Shown here in pieces: positions 8,523 to 17,103 of a stretch of 31,805 nucleotides of DNA. The stretch spans positions 1-31,805 of the forward strand of contig JAFZRG010000100.1 in assembly GCA_017619985.1 (NCBI GenBank), written 5' to 3'. A program made the position numbers and the translations under genes. The first letter of the stretch is position 1. Every line of letters begins with the position of its first letter. This DNA is from Bacillota bacterium. GTDB lineage: Bacteria; Bacillota; Clostridia; Peptostreptococcales; Anaerovoracaceae. Below the pieces are notes generated by a model. That model saw nothing but the letters and a program-made list of their open reading frames with translations, did not search any database and had not been told where the DNA came from.

Positions 8523-8984
8523 TTAAAGCTGGTCTCTGATGGCATTCATCTCGCTGCAGATATCATCCACATCGAGCACCATCTCCATCATCGAGATCTG
8601 TTCGTCATAGACGTCCGGATCGAATTCAGCTTTGACTTCGGGTTCACATACGTGATAAACAGTGAGTCCCAACGAGACTCCCGCCAAAGGACCTGCGAAA
8701 GTGGGGTCGCCCAGCGTAACGGTCTCGGCTGCCAGTCCCGCTGCCTCTCCTTCGGCTGCGCCTAAGAGAACGACAACGTTTTCGGGGCCGTACTGTTCGC
8801 TGAACTCCTTGACTCTCTTCTGGTTTTCCAGGTCCATGGCACCTGCGGCCGTTCAGACGAAGCACTCTGTCGAAGCGAAGACGACTTCTGCTCCGGCAGA
8901 TTCCGCGCATGCGGCGATCGCAGGACCCGGAATGCCATCGCGGTCTCCGATGATGATGACTTTCTTATCTTGTAAGATCGCCAT
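8523..8984 (-). CDS. grdA: glycine reductase selenoprotein A (153 aa, Sec44)
   Basis: ATG 8984 with RBS AAAGGAGG. Reads [23 protein letters not shown]...STECFV-TGA(8853-8855)[14 protein letters not shown] in frame with the track ORF 8523-8837, giving the CxxU motif. Confidence 0.95.
8829..8845 (-). promoter_or_regulatory. candidate bacterial SECIS hairpin of grdA
   Basis: CAGGT-GCCATGG-ACCTG begins 7 nt after the UGA. Confidence 0.5.
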
Positions 8985-9045
8985 TCTACATTCCTCCTTT
9001 TCCGTTTACAGGGTGCTATCACAACGGGGTTTGACCCATTGCAAC

Positions 9046-9363
9046 CTAGATGTATTTTTCGACCATCGCCGCGACGTTTTCGGGCGTGGCGTCGTCCTTG
9101 ACGAGCTCTTCCACCTTCTCGCCGTCCTTGTAGACGGTGATGGTGGGCAGGCCCAGGACCTTCTGGCCGATGGCCAGTCTTCTCGCCTTGGTGGTGTTCA
9201 GCGAGCAGAACTTCATCTTATCGCCGTACTGATCCGCCAGAGCGTGTACATGAGGCATCAGAGCGGCGCAGGGTACGCAGCCGTCTCCGTAGAAGTCTAC
9301 GAGCACGTAGCCTTCCGCCTTCAGCACTTCTTCTTCGAATGTGAGTTTATCAACTTCCAGCAT
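9046..9363 (-). CDS. trxA: thioredoxin, glycine-reductase-associated type
   Basis: [11 protein letters not shown] active site (GCVPC variant typical of grd-linked thioredoxins); GLPT cis-Pro motif. Confidence 0.93.
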   Translation of the reverse strand: MLEVDKLTFEEEVLKAEGYVLVDFYGDGCVPCAALMPHVHALADQYGDKMKFCSLNTTKARRLAIGQKVLGLPTITVYKDGEKVEELVKDDATPENVAAMVEKYI

Positions 9364-9373
9364 GGTTTTCCTC

Positions 9374-10312
9374 CTATTCCATCTCGTCGACGTAACGGGC
9401 TGCCTGCCAGGCGGCGATGGCGCCGTCCGCCGCAGCGGTCACGACCTGGCGCAGTTCCTTGACGCGGCAGTCGCCTGCTGCGTAGACGCCGGGCACATTC
9501 GTGCGCATCTCCTGGTCGGTCACGATGTAACCGCGTTCCATATCCACCTTGCCTTCGAACACCGCCGTAGCGGGCTTGAAGCCGATGAATACGAACACGC
9601 CGAAAATGCCGTCGTCCTCATCGGCGACGATCTCGGTCTGCTCGCCGGTCTTGACGTTCTCGACGACCATGGAGCTTAAGATGCCGTCGCCTTTGAGTTC
9701 CTTGACGACCGTATCCCACATGAATTCCAGCTTGTCGTTTTTGAACGCCTTTTCCTGGATGGACTTGGCCGCGCGCAGCTCGTTCCTTCTATGGATGATA
9801 GTGACCTTTCTGGCGAATTTTGTCAAGTACATCGCCTCTTCCACGGCAGCGTCGCCGCCGCCGACCACGAAGACTTCGAAGTCCTCGAAGAACGCGGCGT
9901 CGCAGGTGGCGCAGTAAGAGACGCCCTTGCCGGTGAATTCCGCTTCGCCCGGGCAGCCGATGAGAGCCGGCGACGCGCCGGAAGCGATGATCACAGCCTT
10001 AGCTTCGTACGTTTCCTTACCGCATACGATCTTTTTGACGGGTCCTTCCAGATCGACTTCCTGTACGGTGTCGATCACCTTCTCGCAGCCGAACTTGGCG
10101 GCCTGCGCCGCGAAGCGGGCGACGAGCGTCGGACCGGATTCTTCCTCCAGGCTGCCGGGATAGTTTTCGATCTCGGCCGTCTGCACGATCTGTCCGCCGT
10201 CCTTCGCCTTCTCGATGATGAGCGTGGACATGCGGGCGCGGCCGGCATACAGCCCGGCGGCAAGCCCCGCGGGGCCTGCGCCTATGATCACGATGTCATA
10301 CTGTTTTGCCAT
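9374..10312 (-). CDS. trxB: thioredoxin-disulfide reductase
   Basis: GAGPAG FAD motif, GVSYCATCD redox motif, [11 protein letters not shown] and HRRxxxR NADPH-binding motifs, YAAGD. Confidence 0.95.
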   Translation of the reverse strand: MAKQYDIVIIGAGPAGLAAGLYAGRARMSTLIIEKAKDGGQIVQTAEIENYPGSLEEESGPTLVARFAAQAAKFGCEKVIDTVQEVDLEGPVKKIVCGKETYEAKAVIIASGASPALIGCPGEAEFTGKGVSYCATCDAAFFEDFEVFVVGGGDAAVEEAMYLTKFARKVTIIHRRNELRAAKSIQEKAFKNDKLEFMWDTVVKELKGDGILSSMVVENVKTGEQTEIVADEDDGIFGVFVFIGFKPATAVFEGKVDMERGYIVTDQEMRTNVPGVYAAGDCRVKELRQVVTAAADGAIAAWQAARYVDEME

Positions 10313-10318
10313 TTCCGT

Positions 10319-11620
10319 TTATTCCTCGAATACTGTCTGTCCGTCCACGGGCGTCTCGAGAGCCTTGAGGGCTCTGCCGACCAGCTTTTTGCGCAGGTCG
10401 TGCTCCTCCTCGTGGGAGAGCGCCGGGTTGCCCAGCGGATGCGGGATCGCGACCGTCGGGACGATCCTGTTTGCGCCGACGGTGAGAGAGATGGGCACGA
10501 CCGTGCACATATGTACGACGGGAATGCCGGCTCTTTCGATTTCCTTTACCATTGTTGCACCGCAACGTGTACAGGTTCCTCAGGTACTGGTGAGGATAAC
10601 AGCCTGCACGCCGTCCGCGATGAGTTCCTTGCTGAACGTGTCAGCGAACTTCTTGGCGGAAGCGACGGCCGTGCCGTTCCCCACTGTCGCGTAGTAGTAA
10701 TGGGAAAGCTCACCGATGCGGCCTTCCTTTTCAAACTCTCTCATGACGTCCACGGGCAGGACTCTGTTCGGGTCAGCGTTGGCGTAGACCGGATCGTAGC
10801 CGCCGTGAGCGGTCTCGTAGGTCTTGTCCGTCAGGACGGTGACCCCGTCGATGTCGTACTTGCCGTAGTGAGACGCGGAAGAAGACTCGATGTGGTCGGG
10901 ATTGCCCTTGGGCACGATGCCGCCGGAGGTGACCAGCGCGACCTTGGCGTGGGCCAGGTCGGCGACGGCCGGATTCGGCTGCACTCTGTCGAACTGGGGC
11001 ATGGGATATTCAGTCTCGAACGGCTCGCCCGCCAGCTTCTTCAGAAGCATGTCGACGGCTCTCTCGGAACCTCTCTTCTCCTCGAACAGATCCTTGCGGA
11101 TGCCGGTCGGGAAATACCCTTCCGCCGCGGCGCTGCCGAGTTCTTCGCCCTTCGCCATGCGCAGGGCGACCGGAGCCATGGCTGCCACGGCCTTTCTCAT
11201 GCCGGCCGCGGAATCCTTGGTCTTCATGATGATGGTCTTGGACTTGAACATGTCCACGCCGGGGTTCTCATCGTACATGCCGGTGAGCGTCGGGATACCC
11301 AGTCTCGCCTTGACTTCGCTCGCGACGGTGCCGCAGGCGACGCCGTAACGGCCCGCATTGAATGCCGGTCCGCAGATGACGATGTCGGGCTTTTCTTCCG
11401 CGATCATGTCGATCACGGTATCGATCGCTTCTTTGTTTTCGTTGAAATAGCTGTCACCGCAGAAGACCGTAGCAACGATCTCGGCTTCGCCGCCGAACGC
11501 CGCGTTGAACGCCATGCCCGGGCCGACGAATCCCTTGACCTTTTCAGGAGGAATGTTCGCCATTTCTTCTCCGCCTTTGCCGGCGTAGAACTGGTTGATG
11601 TAGTGTACTACCTTGATCAT
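10319..11620 (-). CDS. grdB: glycine reductase selenoprotein B large subunit (433 aa, Sec347)
   Basis: Track ORFs 10580-11620 and 10319-10552 are one frame joined through TGA 10580-10582, giving VILTST-U-GTCTRCGATMVKEIE (UxxCxxC). N-terminus VVHYINQF. The glycine riboswitch upstream favours glycine over sarcosine/betaine specificity. Confidence 0.93.
10554..10566 (-). promoter_or_regulatory. candidate bacterial SECIS hairpin of grdB
   Basis: GTTGC-GGT-GCAAC begins 13 nt after the UGA; it can be extended by a lower ACC/GGT pairing. Confidence 0.6.
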
Positions 11621-11634
11621 GTGCTTCCTCCTTT

Positions 11635-12915
11635 CTATCTTGCGCTGAACTTATTGAAGCCCATCTCGTTCGTCGCTCCGGTGATGACCTGGAGCTCGGC
11701 GATGATGGAGCCGTCTTCCTGCAGGGATCCGCTCCAGCCGCCGGCGATCTTGTCCACGTATTCGATGTGGCCGATCACCTTGTCCAGCTTCGGCAGATGG
11801 ATGACCGTGTTGGCGTTGCCGCCGGTGACGCAGGCGTTTGCCGCGACGTCGGCGTCCGCAAGGGACTGGGACGCGCCGTCCTGACCGGCGTATTCGTCGG
11901 TGATGATGACGGTCTTGACGCCCTTGGCTTCGATCTTCTTGCAGTTCATGATCAGGTCGGTATCGGGATTGCCGAAGCCTTCCTGAGAGATGATCGCGCC
12001 GTCCAGGCCCAGGAATTCGCAGAGCTTGGCGGACCAGTCGGAAGATCTTTCCTTATCGGCCAGATACACGTTCTCGTTCGTGATGATGACGCCGACGAAG
12101 TTCAGATCCTTGCCGTGGCGGGCGTACAGGTCCTCGATGACGGGGTTGTTCAAATGGTGGTACGTCGTGTTCTTGTCGCAGGCGGACACGCAGTTGCCGC
12201 TGATGATCGCGCCGTCCATGGTCTCGGTCGGATAGATCATCGTGGTGAGGGACTGCTTGGCGTCGACGCCGTAGACATAGGTGTCGTGCAGCAGGCCCTG
12301 GGACTGCAGCATCAGCACGTAGCCGACTCTGGGAAGGTCCGGATACAGTTTGATGCCTTCGGAAACGGAAGGCGTTTCGTAGGTGCGGATCTCTCCCGCC
12401 TCGATGTCCTTCGCCAGCTTGCCCAGATAGGTTGCGGCCTTCAGTCCCGCGATGCGCACGGCCTTCTCATAGGCGTGCTGCAGCGTGCCTTCGACAGGTT
12501 CCACGCACACGACCAGATTGTTGAGCTGAGAGAACGGCGTGTACTTCGCGCCTTCTCCGCACATGTCGATGATGCCTTCCTGGAACCCTACGATCTTACC
12601 GGTCGTGACCACGGCAGCGCCTTTCAGGACGTTGGTCCTGCCGCTTCCGACGGTCTTGACCTTGGCCATCCAGCCGGGGAACACGCCGCCTTCGCCGGAT
12701 ACCTTGACTCTGGGTTCGATGACATCCTTGACCGGGGTGATCCGGACGGATTCGCCGGGTCTCGCGATATCGAGTTCGCAGCTTGCCAGGGTCTCGTCCT
12801 CGAGGATGAGGGCTTTGAGTTCGTCCTTGTTGACGTACAGGGTCGAACCTTCCACTTTGCTTTCCGCCGCGAACTGGATATCAGTGATCTTGATGATACC
12901 CAATTCCAGTTTCAT
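11635..12915 (-). CDS. grdE: glycine reductase component B proprotein (pyruvoyl-forming alpha/beta subunits)
   Basis: MKLELG start, DVIEPRVK, LQSQGLLHDTYVYG, SGNCVSACDKN cleavage region, EGFGNPDTD. Confidence 0.92.
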   Translation of the reverse strand: MKLELGIIKITDIQFAAESKVEGSTLYVNKDELKALILEDETLASCELDIARPGESVRITPVKDVIEPRVKVSGEGGVFPGWMAKVKTVGSGRTNVLKGAAVVTTGKIVGFQEGIIDMCGEGAKYTPFSQLNNLVVCVEPVEGTLQHAYEKAVRIAGLKAATYLGKLAKDIEAGEIRTYETPSVSEGIKLYPDLPRVGYVLMLQSQGLLHDTYVYGVDAKQSLTTMIYPTETMDGAIISGNCVSACDKNTTYHHLNNPVIEDLYARHGKDLNFVGVIITNENVYLADKERSSDWSAKLCEFLGLDGAIISQEGFGNPDTDLIMNCKKIEAKGVKTVIITDEYAGQDGASQSLADADVAANACVTGGNANTVIHLPKLDKVIGHIEYVDKIAGGWSGSLQEDGSIIAELQVITGATNEMGFNKFSAR

Positions 12916-12954
12916 GTTGTTTCCTCCTGTGATTCGGGGGTTGCGCCGGCAAGT

Positions 12955-13329
12955 CTAAAAGCCTTCCAGCGCGCTTGTGATCAGACTCAAATCTATCATC
13001 CGGAAATCCGCCAGCATCCGTTCCGGGGTGTTGACCCCACGGTCCGGCCGCGTGACCTGCGCGAACTTATCGAACGTCCCTATGGCGTTTTCGATGAGCA
13101 TCAGGCTGTCCGTGTCCAGGGCGCCTTGTTCGCTACTGACGGCGATGGTCCGGTACGGGGTCTCGTTCGGTTTGAGACTTCCCATGAGCGGATGGGTCAG
13201 CAGGCGGTGGCCCTGATGGACGAGGTCGCGCGCCTTGACCAGCACGTCCCGGTACGTTCCGTCGATCCGGAGGATGTTTTGGTCCTTCAGTTTCGTTTCC
13301 ACGTCCGGGTTGTTCGTTAGGATGATCAA
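12955..13329 (-). CDS. grdX: GrdX family protein
   Basis: TTG start at 13329 (RBS GGAAGGAAG) gives IILTNNP...LLTHPLMGSLKPNETPYRTI. The track start at 13515 lies inside the riboswitch. Confidence 0.85.
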   Translation of the reverse strand: MIILTNNPDVETKLKDQNILRIDGTYRDVLVKARDLVHQGHRLLTHPLMGSLKPNETPYRTIAVSSEQGALDTDSLMLIENAIGTFDKFAQVTRPDRGVNTPERMLADFRMIDLSLITSALEGF

Positions 13330-13347
13330 TGCAGCTTCCTTCCGGGT

Positions 13348-13383
13348 AATAAAAAGAACAGGAAAACATAATGCCTTCCTGCT
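13348..13383 (-). terminator. expression-platform terminator of the glycine riboswitch
   Basis: AGCAGGAAGGCA-TTA-TGTTTTCCTGTT followed by CTTTTTATT. The 5' arm overlaps the 3' strand of aptamer-2 P1, which is ON-switch geometry. Confidence 0.75.
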
Positions 13384-13564
13384 CTGTACACTAACCTGAG
13401 AGTTTCTTTCCTGTGCGGAATTTGCCCCTTCGGTGCTTACGCTCTCCAGAGGTTCGTCCGGCTGCGGTCCTTTTACCTGAGATAATCGCTGCCTGCCCTG
13501 GCCGGGGACGGACAACTTACGCCTTCGGTGCGCTTTCCGCGCTCTCCCGCAGTCATCAACCGAC
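13382..13564 (-). ncRNA. tandem glycine riboswitch with leader-linker kink-turn elements
   Basis: Aptamer 1 (13462-13552): CTGCGG-GAGAG...CACCGAAGG...CTCAGGTAAAAGGA-CCGCAG. Linker CCGGACGAA. Aptamer 2 (13382-13451): CTCTG-GAGAG...CACCGAAGG...CTCTCAGGT...CAGAG. Leader GTCGGTTGATGA. Confidence 0.95.
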
Positions 13565-13584
13565 TGTTCTGAATCTGTATTTTA

Positions 13585-13613
13585 ATTGTACCATCCGCCT
13601 ATTTATCGGACAA
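13585..13613 (-). promoter_or_regulatory. sigma-A-type promoter of the grd operon
   Basis: TTGTCC (13608-13613), 17 nt spacer, TACAAT (13585-13590) with an extended TG; lies just upstream of the riboswitch leader. Confidence 0.7.
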
Positions 13614-13644
13614 GCGAAATAGTGTGATGATTTTATAAAGAATT

Positions 13645-15555
13645 TTAGTAGAACACTCTCCTGTCGTCCTGCAGCCGTGTGATCTTGGCGTTGTCGCAGT
13701 ACTCGAGGATCATCAGGGCATATTTACGGGACGTATCCAGGTGGTCGCGCAGCTCGGCAAGCGTGATGGAACCGTCCGTCTCGATCTTTTCGCGAATCCA
13801 GGCAACGGTCTGCTGCAGAAATGCGCTGTCCAGGCAGAACTTGTTCTGCACGCGCGTCAGGCGGCCGTCCGCGCACATCGCGGCGATCAGGCGTTTGCAC
13901 TCTTCCTTGTCCTTGCGGCCGGCGAAGACTTCGTCCGGATCGGGGCTTTCACAGCCTGCATCCTTATAAATCCTGGCGATCTCGTCCATCAGGCGCAGCT
14001 GAGCCTTGGTGAAATTTACGGCATAACCCTGCTTCCCTGCCGCAGCCGGCGTCAGCGCCAACGCGCCGGTCTCGCCGAGGTACTGCAGAACGAGGTCCAG
14101 ACGCTTCGCGTCGGTGATTCTCACCTGGCCGCCCAGCTTGCTGCGCAGTTCCTCTCTGGGCATGGCGGCGAGCAGCGGATTCTTCGCATAATAGGCGTCC
14201 AGGATCGAGAATGCAGCGTCTTTTATGTAGTTGACATAATCTTGATGTACGTAAATATTATCGGCAAGCAAGACCGCTTTCCCTTGCGCTGCAAGGTTTT
14301 TCAGTTGTTCTTCTGCTTCGCTTTCGGATAAACCGAGCTGCTTTGCCAGCTTATCCGAGCCCGGGAACGTCTTGCTTTCGTCCCGCAGCACCTGCTCCAT
14401 CTGGGCGGCGTCATCGCCGCTCTCGCGTATGGCAAGCGCCTTCAGAACGGTCTCGTCCCCCCTCTTGTGCTTCGGCGCATTCGCATTGAGTACAACGCCT
14501 CCGCCGACCGTCTCCACCGGGGAATAGTAGCGTACGACGAACGGATCGCCCTGCTTCACGACGACAGGCTCTTCCGTCCGCAGCTGCGCATAGCAGTTCT
14601 CACCGGGGTTCAGCGCGTCGCGGTCCAACAGTACCGCCTTGCACAGCACCTGCGCGGAACCGTAATGCAGATGCAGCCGGGAACCGTTCAGGACTGTGCG
14701 TTTCGAGTCGCTCAGCACCTGCAGCCTGACGTCGATCATGGACGCCGGCGTCAGAGAATCTTTTGCCGCCAGCACGTTGCCGCGGGCGATGTCCTCCTTG
14801 CGGACACCTGTCAGGTTCACAGCCGTGCGCTGACCCGCGTAAGCCGCGTCCACCATCTTGCCGTGCACCTGCAGATTGCGCACCTTGGCGGCAATCCCTT
14901 CCGGATAGACCGTCACTTCGTCGCCTGTCCGGATCATGCCCTGGGTCAGCGTGCCCGTGATGACGGTGCCGAAGCCCTGGATCGTGAACACGCGGTCCAT
15001 CGGGATGCGCAGAAGTGCCGGATTGCAGTTCTTTTCGGCTGTTTTTGCGACTTCTTCGAAGATCAGGGCTTTCAGTTCTTCGATGCCCTGCCCCGTCTGC
15101 GAAGAGACCCGCACACAAGGCGCATTTTCAAGGAAACTGCCCTTTACGGCTTCGCGCACGTCGGATTCGACCATGTCCAGCCAGTCCCCGTCCGCCGCCA
15201 GATCGGCCTTCGTGATGACGAGGATGCCCCGGCGGATGTTCAGCAGTTTCATGATGTCCAGGTGTTCGACGGTCTGGGGCATGACCCCTTCGTCCGCCGC
15301 CACGACGAGCAGCACCAGATCGATGCCGCCGATGCCCGCCAGCATGTTGCGGATGAATTTCTCGTGGCCCGGCACGTCGATGATGCCGATATCGGTGCCG
15401 TCCGGCGCCTGCATGTCCGCGAAGCCAAGCTCTATCGTGATGCCGCGCTGTTTTTCTTCCTTCAGTCTGTCCGCATCGATGCCGGTCAGCGCCTTGATCA
15501 GGCAGGTCTTGCCGTGATCGACGTGACCGGCCGTACCGACGATTACGTTACGCAT
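13645..15555 (-). CDS. selB: selenocysteine-specific elongation factor
   Basis: MRNVIVGTAGHVDHGKT, RGITIELG, IIDVPGHEKF and C-terminal winged-helix SRKYA. Start at ATG 15555 (RBS GGAG); the track's 5' extension is the tRNA. Confidence 0.96.
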   Translation of the reverse strand: MRNVIVGTAGHVDHGKTCLIKALTGIDADRLKEEKQRGITIELGFADMQAPDGTDIGIIDVPGHEKFIRNMLAGIGGIDLVLLVVAADEGVMPQTVEHLDIMKLLNIRRGILVITKADLAADGDWLDMVESDVREAVKGSFLENAPCVRVSSQTGQGIEELKALIFEEVAKTAEKNCNPALLRIPMDRVFTIQGFGTVITGTLTQGMIRTGDEVTVYPEGIAAKVRNLQVHGKMVDAAYAGQRTAVNLTGVRKEDIARGNVLAAKDSLTPASMIDVRLQVLSDSKRTVLNGSRLHLHYGSAQVLCKAVLLDRDALNPGENCYAQLRTEEPVVVKQGDPFVVRYYSPVETVGGGVVLNANAPKHKRGDETVLKALAIRESGDDAAQMEQVLRDESKTFPGSDKLAKQLGLSESEAEEQLKNLAAQGKAVLLADNIYVHQDYVNYIKDAAFSILDAYYAKNPLLAAMPREELRSKLGGQVRITDAKRLDLVLQYLGETGALALTPAAAGKQGYAVNFTKAQLRLMDEIARIYKDAGCESPDPDEVFAGRKDKEECKRLIAAMCADGRLTRVQNKFCLDSAFLQQTVAWIREKIETDGSITLAELRDHLDTSRKYALMILEYCDNAKITRLQDDRRVFY

Positions 15556-15577
15556 ATTTTTACTCCAAAAAATACAA

Positions 15578-15674
15578 TGGCGGGAGCATGTGAGAATCGA
15601 ACTCACCAGGCAGGCTCCTAACCTGCTACAACGGTTTTGAAGACCGCGGGGCACACCGGCACCCATCTGCTCCC
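15578..15674 (-). tRNA. selC: tRNA-Sec (anticodon TCA)
   Basis: 97 nt: GGGAGCAG-AT-GGGTGC-CGGT-GTGCCC-C-GCGGT-CTTCAAA-ACCGT, long variable arm, GTGAG-TTCGATT-CTCAC-ATGCTCCC-G-CCA. 6 bp D stem with 4 nt loop, G discriminator, encoded CCA; anticodon at 15638-15640. Confidence 0.97.
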
Positions 15675-15675
15675 G

Positions 15676-15697
15676 AAAAAGGCGGATAAAACCGCCT
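15676..15697 (-). terminator. terminator-like hairpin between selA and selC
   Basis: AGGCGG-TTTTAT-CCGCCT followed by TTTT, ending 1 nt before tRNA G1. Confidence 0.55.
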
Positions 15698-15702
15698 CAT
15701 TT

Positions 15703-15731
15703 ATTCTAGTTGCTTATCCCAAGGATGTCAA
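15703..15731 (-). promoter_or_regulatory. sigma-A-type promoter embedded in the selA 3' end, pointing at selC-selB
   Basis: TTGACA (15726-15731), 17 nt spacer, TAGAAT (15703-15708); the TAG of the -10 is the selA stop codon. Confidence 0.75.
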
Positions 15732-17103
15732 TGAGCGCAAGGCGCAGCACCACAAGGTCGCCTTTCGAGAGCGTGCGCAGATCCAGCAGCACTTCGTCTT
15801 CTGAGATCCGCGCGACGACGGGCATCTTCCAATGCCGCAGCGCTTTCTGCAGCGCGTCGACGGACATGCCCAGCGGTCTGACCCAGACGCACCAGGTAGC
15901 CAGGTCCAGCATGGGAGCGGAACCGCCGCCGACCCTTGCCACGTCTTCCCGGATGCCAAAGCGGGCGTTCAGCCCTTCTTCCGCGAGGCCCGCCGCGAAT
16001 CCCTGCGCTTCGTCCTTCAGCTCCGCCGCCGGTCTCGTGACCATGGACAGCACGGGGATCTTCTCCATCGCTTCCTTCGGGCTGCGGTAGATGCGGAGCG
16101 TCTGTTCGAGCGCTGCGAGGGTCATCTTGTCTACCCGCACGACGCGCGCCAGCGGATGCTTCTTCATCTTCTCGATATATTCCTTTTTGCCCGCGATGAT
16201 GCCCGCCTGCGGTCCGCCCAGCAGTTTGTCACCGGAGAACAGGATGACGTCCGCGCCGGCCGCCAGCGCTTTCTGCGCCGTCGGTTCGTCCAGGCCGTAG
16301 GAGCTCAGGTCCTCCAGCAGGCCGCTGCCCAGGTCGTAGATCAGGGGCAGTCCCTTGCTGTGGGCCAGCTTCGCGAGTTCCTCCGCGGGAACGTCCTCGG
16401 TAAACCCGATGACACGGTAATTGCTCGGATGCACCTTCAGCAGCGCCGCCGTATCCTCTCCGATGGCCCTTTCATAATCCGCGAAATGCGTCTTGTTCGT
16501 CGTGCCGACCTCTCTGAGGACCGTACCGCCCTGCTCCATGATCTCGGGAACGCGGAACGAGCCGCCGATCTCCACGAGTTCGCCCCGGGAGACCACGACC
16601 TCTTTTTTATAGGCAAGCGAAACAAGGCATAACAGGGTCGCTGCGGCGTTGTTGTTGACCGCGATGGCGTCTTCCGCGCCGGTCACCTGCGCAATCAGTC
16701 TGCTCACGTGGTCGTGGCGGCTGCCGCGTTTGCCCTCTTCCGCATCGTACTCCAGCGTGGAATACGAGCAGGCGATCTCCGCCGCTTTTTCCGCGGCCAG
16801 GCGGTTCAGCCTTGCCCGTCCGAGGTTCGTGTGCAGGATGATGCCGGTCGCATTGATGACGGGCCGCAGCGAAGGTCTGTCCTCTTCCTCGAGGATGGCA
16901 CAGGCGCGCGCAGCGGCAGTTTCGGGGCTTACATCCGGGTCACCGCCCGCCAGCAGCTCCTGCCGCATCTCCTCCACCGCTTTTCTGACCGCTTCCAAGG
17001 CCGTTTTCCGGTCCGTAGACGCGAGAAACTCCCGCATGACGGGTAAATCCATCACCACGTCCGCTTTGGGCAGTTTTTTGAGTTTTTCCTGTTTGTTATC
17101 CAT
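15706..17103 (-). CDS. selA: L-seryl-tRNA(Sec) selenium transferase
   Basis: VINATGIILHTNLGRA, VNNNAAA, SRGELVEIGGSFR, EVGTTNKTH, FSGDKLLGGPQAG (PLP Lys). Confidence 0.96.
   Translation of the reverse strand: MDNKQEKLKKLPKADVVMDLPVMREFLASTDRKTALEAVRKAVEEMRQELLAGGDPDVSPETAAARACAILEEEDRPSLRPVINATGIILHTNLGRARLNRLAAEKAAEIACSYSTLEYDAEEGKRGSRHDHVSRLIAQVTGAEDAIAVNNNAAATLLCLVSLAYKKEVVVSRGELVEIGGSFRVPEIMEQGGTVLREVGTTNKTHFADYERAIGEDTAALLKVHPSNYRVIGFTEDVPAEELAKLAHSKGLPLIYDLGSGLLEDLSSYGLDEPTAQKALAAGADVILFSGDKLLGGPQAGIIAGKKEYIEKMKKHPLARVVRVDKMTLAALEQTLRIYRSPKEAMEKIPVLSMVTRPAAELKDEAQGFAAGLAEEGLNARFGIREDVARVGGGSAPMLDLATWCVWVRPLGMSVDALQKALRHWKMPVVARISEDEVLLDLRTLSKGDLVVLRLALIDILGISN

Noticed and set aside
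8762-9022. Track ORF of 86 aa overlapping the grdA 5' half
   Set aside because: Wrong frame; the region is explained by the Sec-containing grdA frame starting at 8984.
13330-13515. N-terminal extension of grdX in the track
   Set aside because: It overlaps the glycine riboswitch and its terminator; TTG 13329 has the RBS and matches the family start.
15556-15666. N-terminal extension of selB in the track
   Set aside because: It is the tRNA-Sec sequence read as codons.
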